Origin: Planctomycetales bacterium
GTDB taxonomy: Bacteria; 4484-113; JAFGCY01
Assembly: GCA_022646745.1 (NCBI GenBank)
Contig: CP060262.1
Coordinates: forward strand, 1,751,149-1,815,148
DNA: 64,000 bases
Direction: 5' to 3'
Part shown: positions 62,630 to 64,000 of the stretch, one piece after another
How positions within the stretch are numbered: the first letter of the stretch is position 1
Layout of the letters: every line of letters starts with the position of its first letter
The notes under the pieces: generated by a model
What the model saw: the letters and a program-made list of their open reading frames with translations, nothing else
Told to the model about the DNA's origin: nothing
The model's database searches: none
Translations under genes and position numbers: made by a program

Positions 62630-63655
62630 ATGCACACCCGTTTATTCCTGCCTGCCATCGCGGCCCTGCTGGCCGCCCAAGCCATGACTAGCCCCGCGCG
62701 CGCTGATCAGCCGGCGGGTGATGACCCGCTGCGCATCTATGCGCTGGATGAGGAACGCAGCCTGTTCGACAGCGGCATCGTGAGCTGGGAGAGATTCATC
62801 TCCGACCTTGCCGCTGCTGACGTCGTGTTCCTCGGCGAGTACCACGACGATGACGCCAGCCACCGCGTGCAGCTCAGGGTGCTTGACGAACTGGCCTGGC
62901 GCCACGACATGCAGCTCAGCCTGGCGATGGAACAGTTCGAGCGCGATGTGCAGCAGGTGCTTGACGCCTACCTCAGGGGCGAGATTGACGAGGAGGCCTT
63001 CCTCGCGGACAGCCGCCCCTGGCCGAACTACCCGGAGCATTACCGGCCGCTGATCGAATACTGCCGCGAGTACGGCATCCCGGTGCGCGCCGGCAACATC
63101 CCGCGGCGCTTCGCGAGCAAGGTTGCCAAGAGCAGCCTGCCGGAGATGTACGGGGAACTGACGGAGGAGGAGCGGCCCTGGGTCGCGGGGGCCACCGTCA
63201 ATGAGCACAATGCCTACTATGACAACTTCGTGAACGCGATGGGCGGGCACGGCAGCGGCATGAGCGACGAGACCTTCGCGAAGTTCTATGAGGCGCAGTG
63301 CATCAAGGATGACACGATGGCCGAGAGCATCGCCATGATCCGCGATGCCGGGCCGGACAGGCCGGTGCTGCACGTGAACGGCAGCTTCCACAGCGACTAC
63401 GGGCTGGGCACGGTGGAGCGCCTCATTCAGCGCCGCCCGGCTGACAATGTGGTGGTGGTCGCGCTGCGCCCCGTCGACAGTTTCACGGGACTGATGCCCT
63501 TTGAGGACCGCGAGCTGGCGGACTACATCGTCTATGTGCCGGGCCCGCAGTGGGGAATGTGGAAGAAGGAAACGATGGCCCGCGAGGCGGCAGCCGCAGA
63601 AGCCGCGGCAGCGGAAGAAGCAGCCGCTGAAGAAGCAATGAGCAATGAAGAATGA
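62630..63655 (+). CDS. ChaN-family (haem-binding uptake, Tiki/TraB superfamily) periplasmic protein
   Basis: Signal peptide MHTRLFLPAIAALLAAQAMTSPARA. DVVFLGEYHDD… and …HVNGSFHSDYG motifs typical of ChaN/PF04187. The C-terminal A/E-rich tail is encoded by the repeat element. Confidence 0.6.
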   Translation: MHTRLFLPAIAALLAAQAMTSPARADQPAGDDPLRIYALDEERSLFDSGIVSWERFISDLAAADVVFLGEYHDDDASHRVQLRVLDELAWRHDMQLSLAMEQFERDVQQVLDAYLRGEIDEEAFLADSRPWPNYPEHYRPLIEYCREYGIPVRAGNIPRRFASKVAKSSLPEMYGELTEEERPWVAGATVNEHNAYYDNFVNAMGGHGSGMSDETFAKFYEAQCIKDDTMAESIAMIRDAGPDRPVLHVNGSFHSDYGLGTVERLIQRRPADNVVVVALRPVDSFTGLMPFEDRELADYIVYVPGPQWGMWKKETMAREAAAAEAAAAEEAAAEEAMSNEE

Positions 63656-63770
63656 GCAATGATTTTTGAGTGATGAGAAGTGAGTAATGAGCAATGAGTT
63701 CAACTCACTGTGACGTCACCTCGTTGCCTGTCAGGCTCATTGCTCACTCTTCATCACTCATTGCTCCTCA
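63636..63770. repeat. Palindromic GAGCAATGAG-repeat element, copy b
   Basis: GCAATGAGCAATGAAGAATGAGCAATGA … GTGATGAGAAGTGAGTAATGAGCAATGAG, then a spacer containing the perfect palindrome GTGACGTCAC, then the inverse arm GCTCATTGCTCACTCTTCATCACTCATTGCTCC. Shares the exact 17-mer TCATTGCTCACTCTTCA with copy a. Confidence 0.55.
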
Positions 63771-64000
63771 AACCTCCTCACTCCAAACTCCCCCTGATTT
63801 TTCAGCCATTTTGTGAACAATGACCGATCCGGGCGGTCTATGTAGGCGGGGAAGCACAGCGCTTGGGGAAGCGCGGACGCCGAAAAACACGTCAGCGTGA
63901 CAGGGGATGGAACCACATGCAAGTCCTGTGCAATTCTGCGCGCAAATCAATATCTGCAAGTCCCTTTTCAGGATTGTCAATCAATTGCGCTTGCCAATTT

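Noticed and set aside
1-64000. Search for CRISPR arrays, tRNA/rRNA genes, transposases, integrases and prophage genes
   Set aside because: No spacer-repeat periodicity, no tRNA-like GTTCGANTCC arms in gene-free stretches, and no transposase or integrase-like ORFs were seen. The repeat elements found are short intergenic palindromes, not insertion sequence ends.

Overview
High-GC (~62%) chromosomal segment from a diderm (Gram-negative-type) bacterium. No rRNA, tRNA, CRISPR array, transposase or integrase was recognised. Several conserved housekeeping clusters are clear: purE-purB-purC, gmk-rpoZ-coaBC, plsX-fabH-fabD-fabG-fabF (minus strand), tonB-exbB-exbD, rsmG, an RND efflux pair (adaptor plus pump N-terminus), an ABC exporter, D-Ala-D-Ala carboxypeptidase, M42 peptidase, HAD/Cof hydrolase and a SurA-like PPIase. 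Between these lies lineage-specific accessory content. (i) Two translationally coupled operons, each of three paralogous 4-TM membrane proteins (16.2-18.5 kb and 60.3-62.6 kb). Each has a ~150-bp GAGCAATGAG-type palindromic repeat element nearby. (ii) A small-protein island (8.5-10.5 kb): three paralogous ~110-140 aa soluble proteins, two tandem lmo0937-like ~50-aa membrane peptides and a 27-aa hydrophobic peptide, all with strong Shine-Dalgarno (SD) sites. (iii) Tandem arrays of paralogous lipoproteins: a 2-gene array at 21.3-23.1 kb, a 2-gene array at 19.7-20.7 kb, and a 3-gene dockerin-like/PKD array at 27.0-32.8 kb. (iv) A giant 1870-aa PKD/PQQ/BNR surface lipoprotein whose N-terminal domain is shared with the small tandem lipoproteins. 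(v) Unusual fusions: adenylosuccinate lyase with a ~190-aa basic tail, an SRPBCC domain fused to histone-H1-like AKKAAP repeats, and RpoZ with an acidic tail. (vi) Mosaic short-repeat regions, palindromic divergent-promoter elements, and a consensus sigma70 promoter with an AT-rich upstream (UP-like) element driving a structured leader. Many long antisense ORFs in the six-frame track are high-GC artefacts and were rejected.
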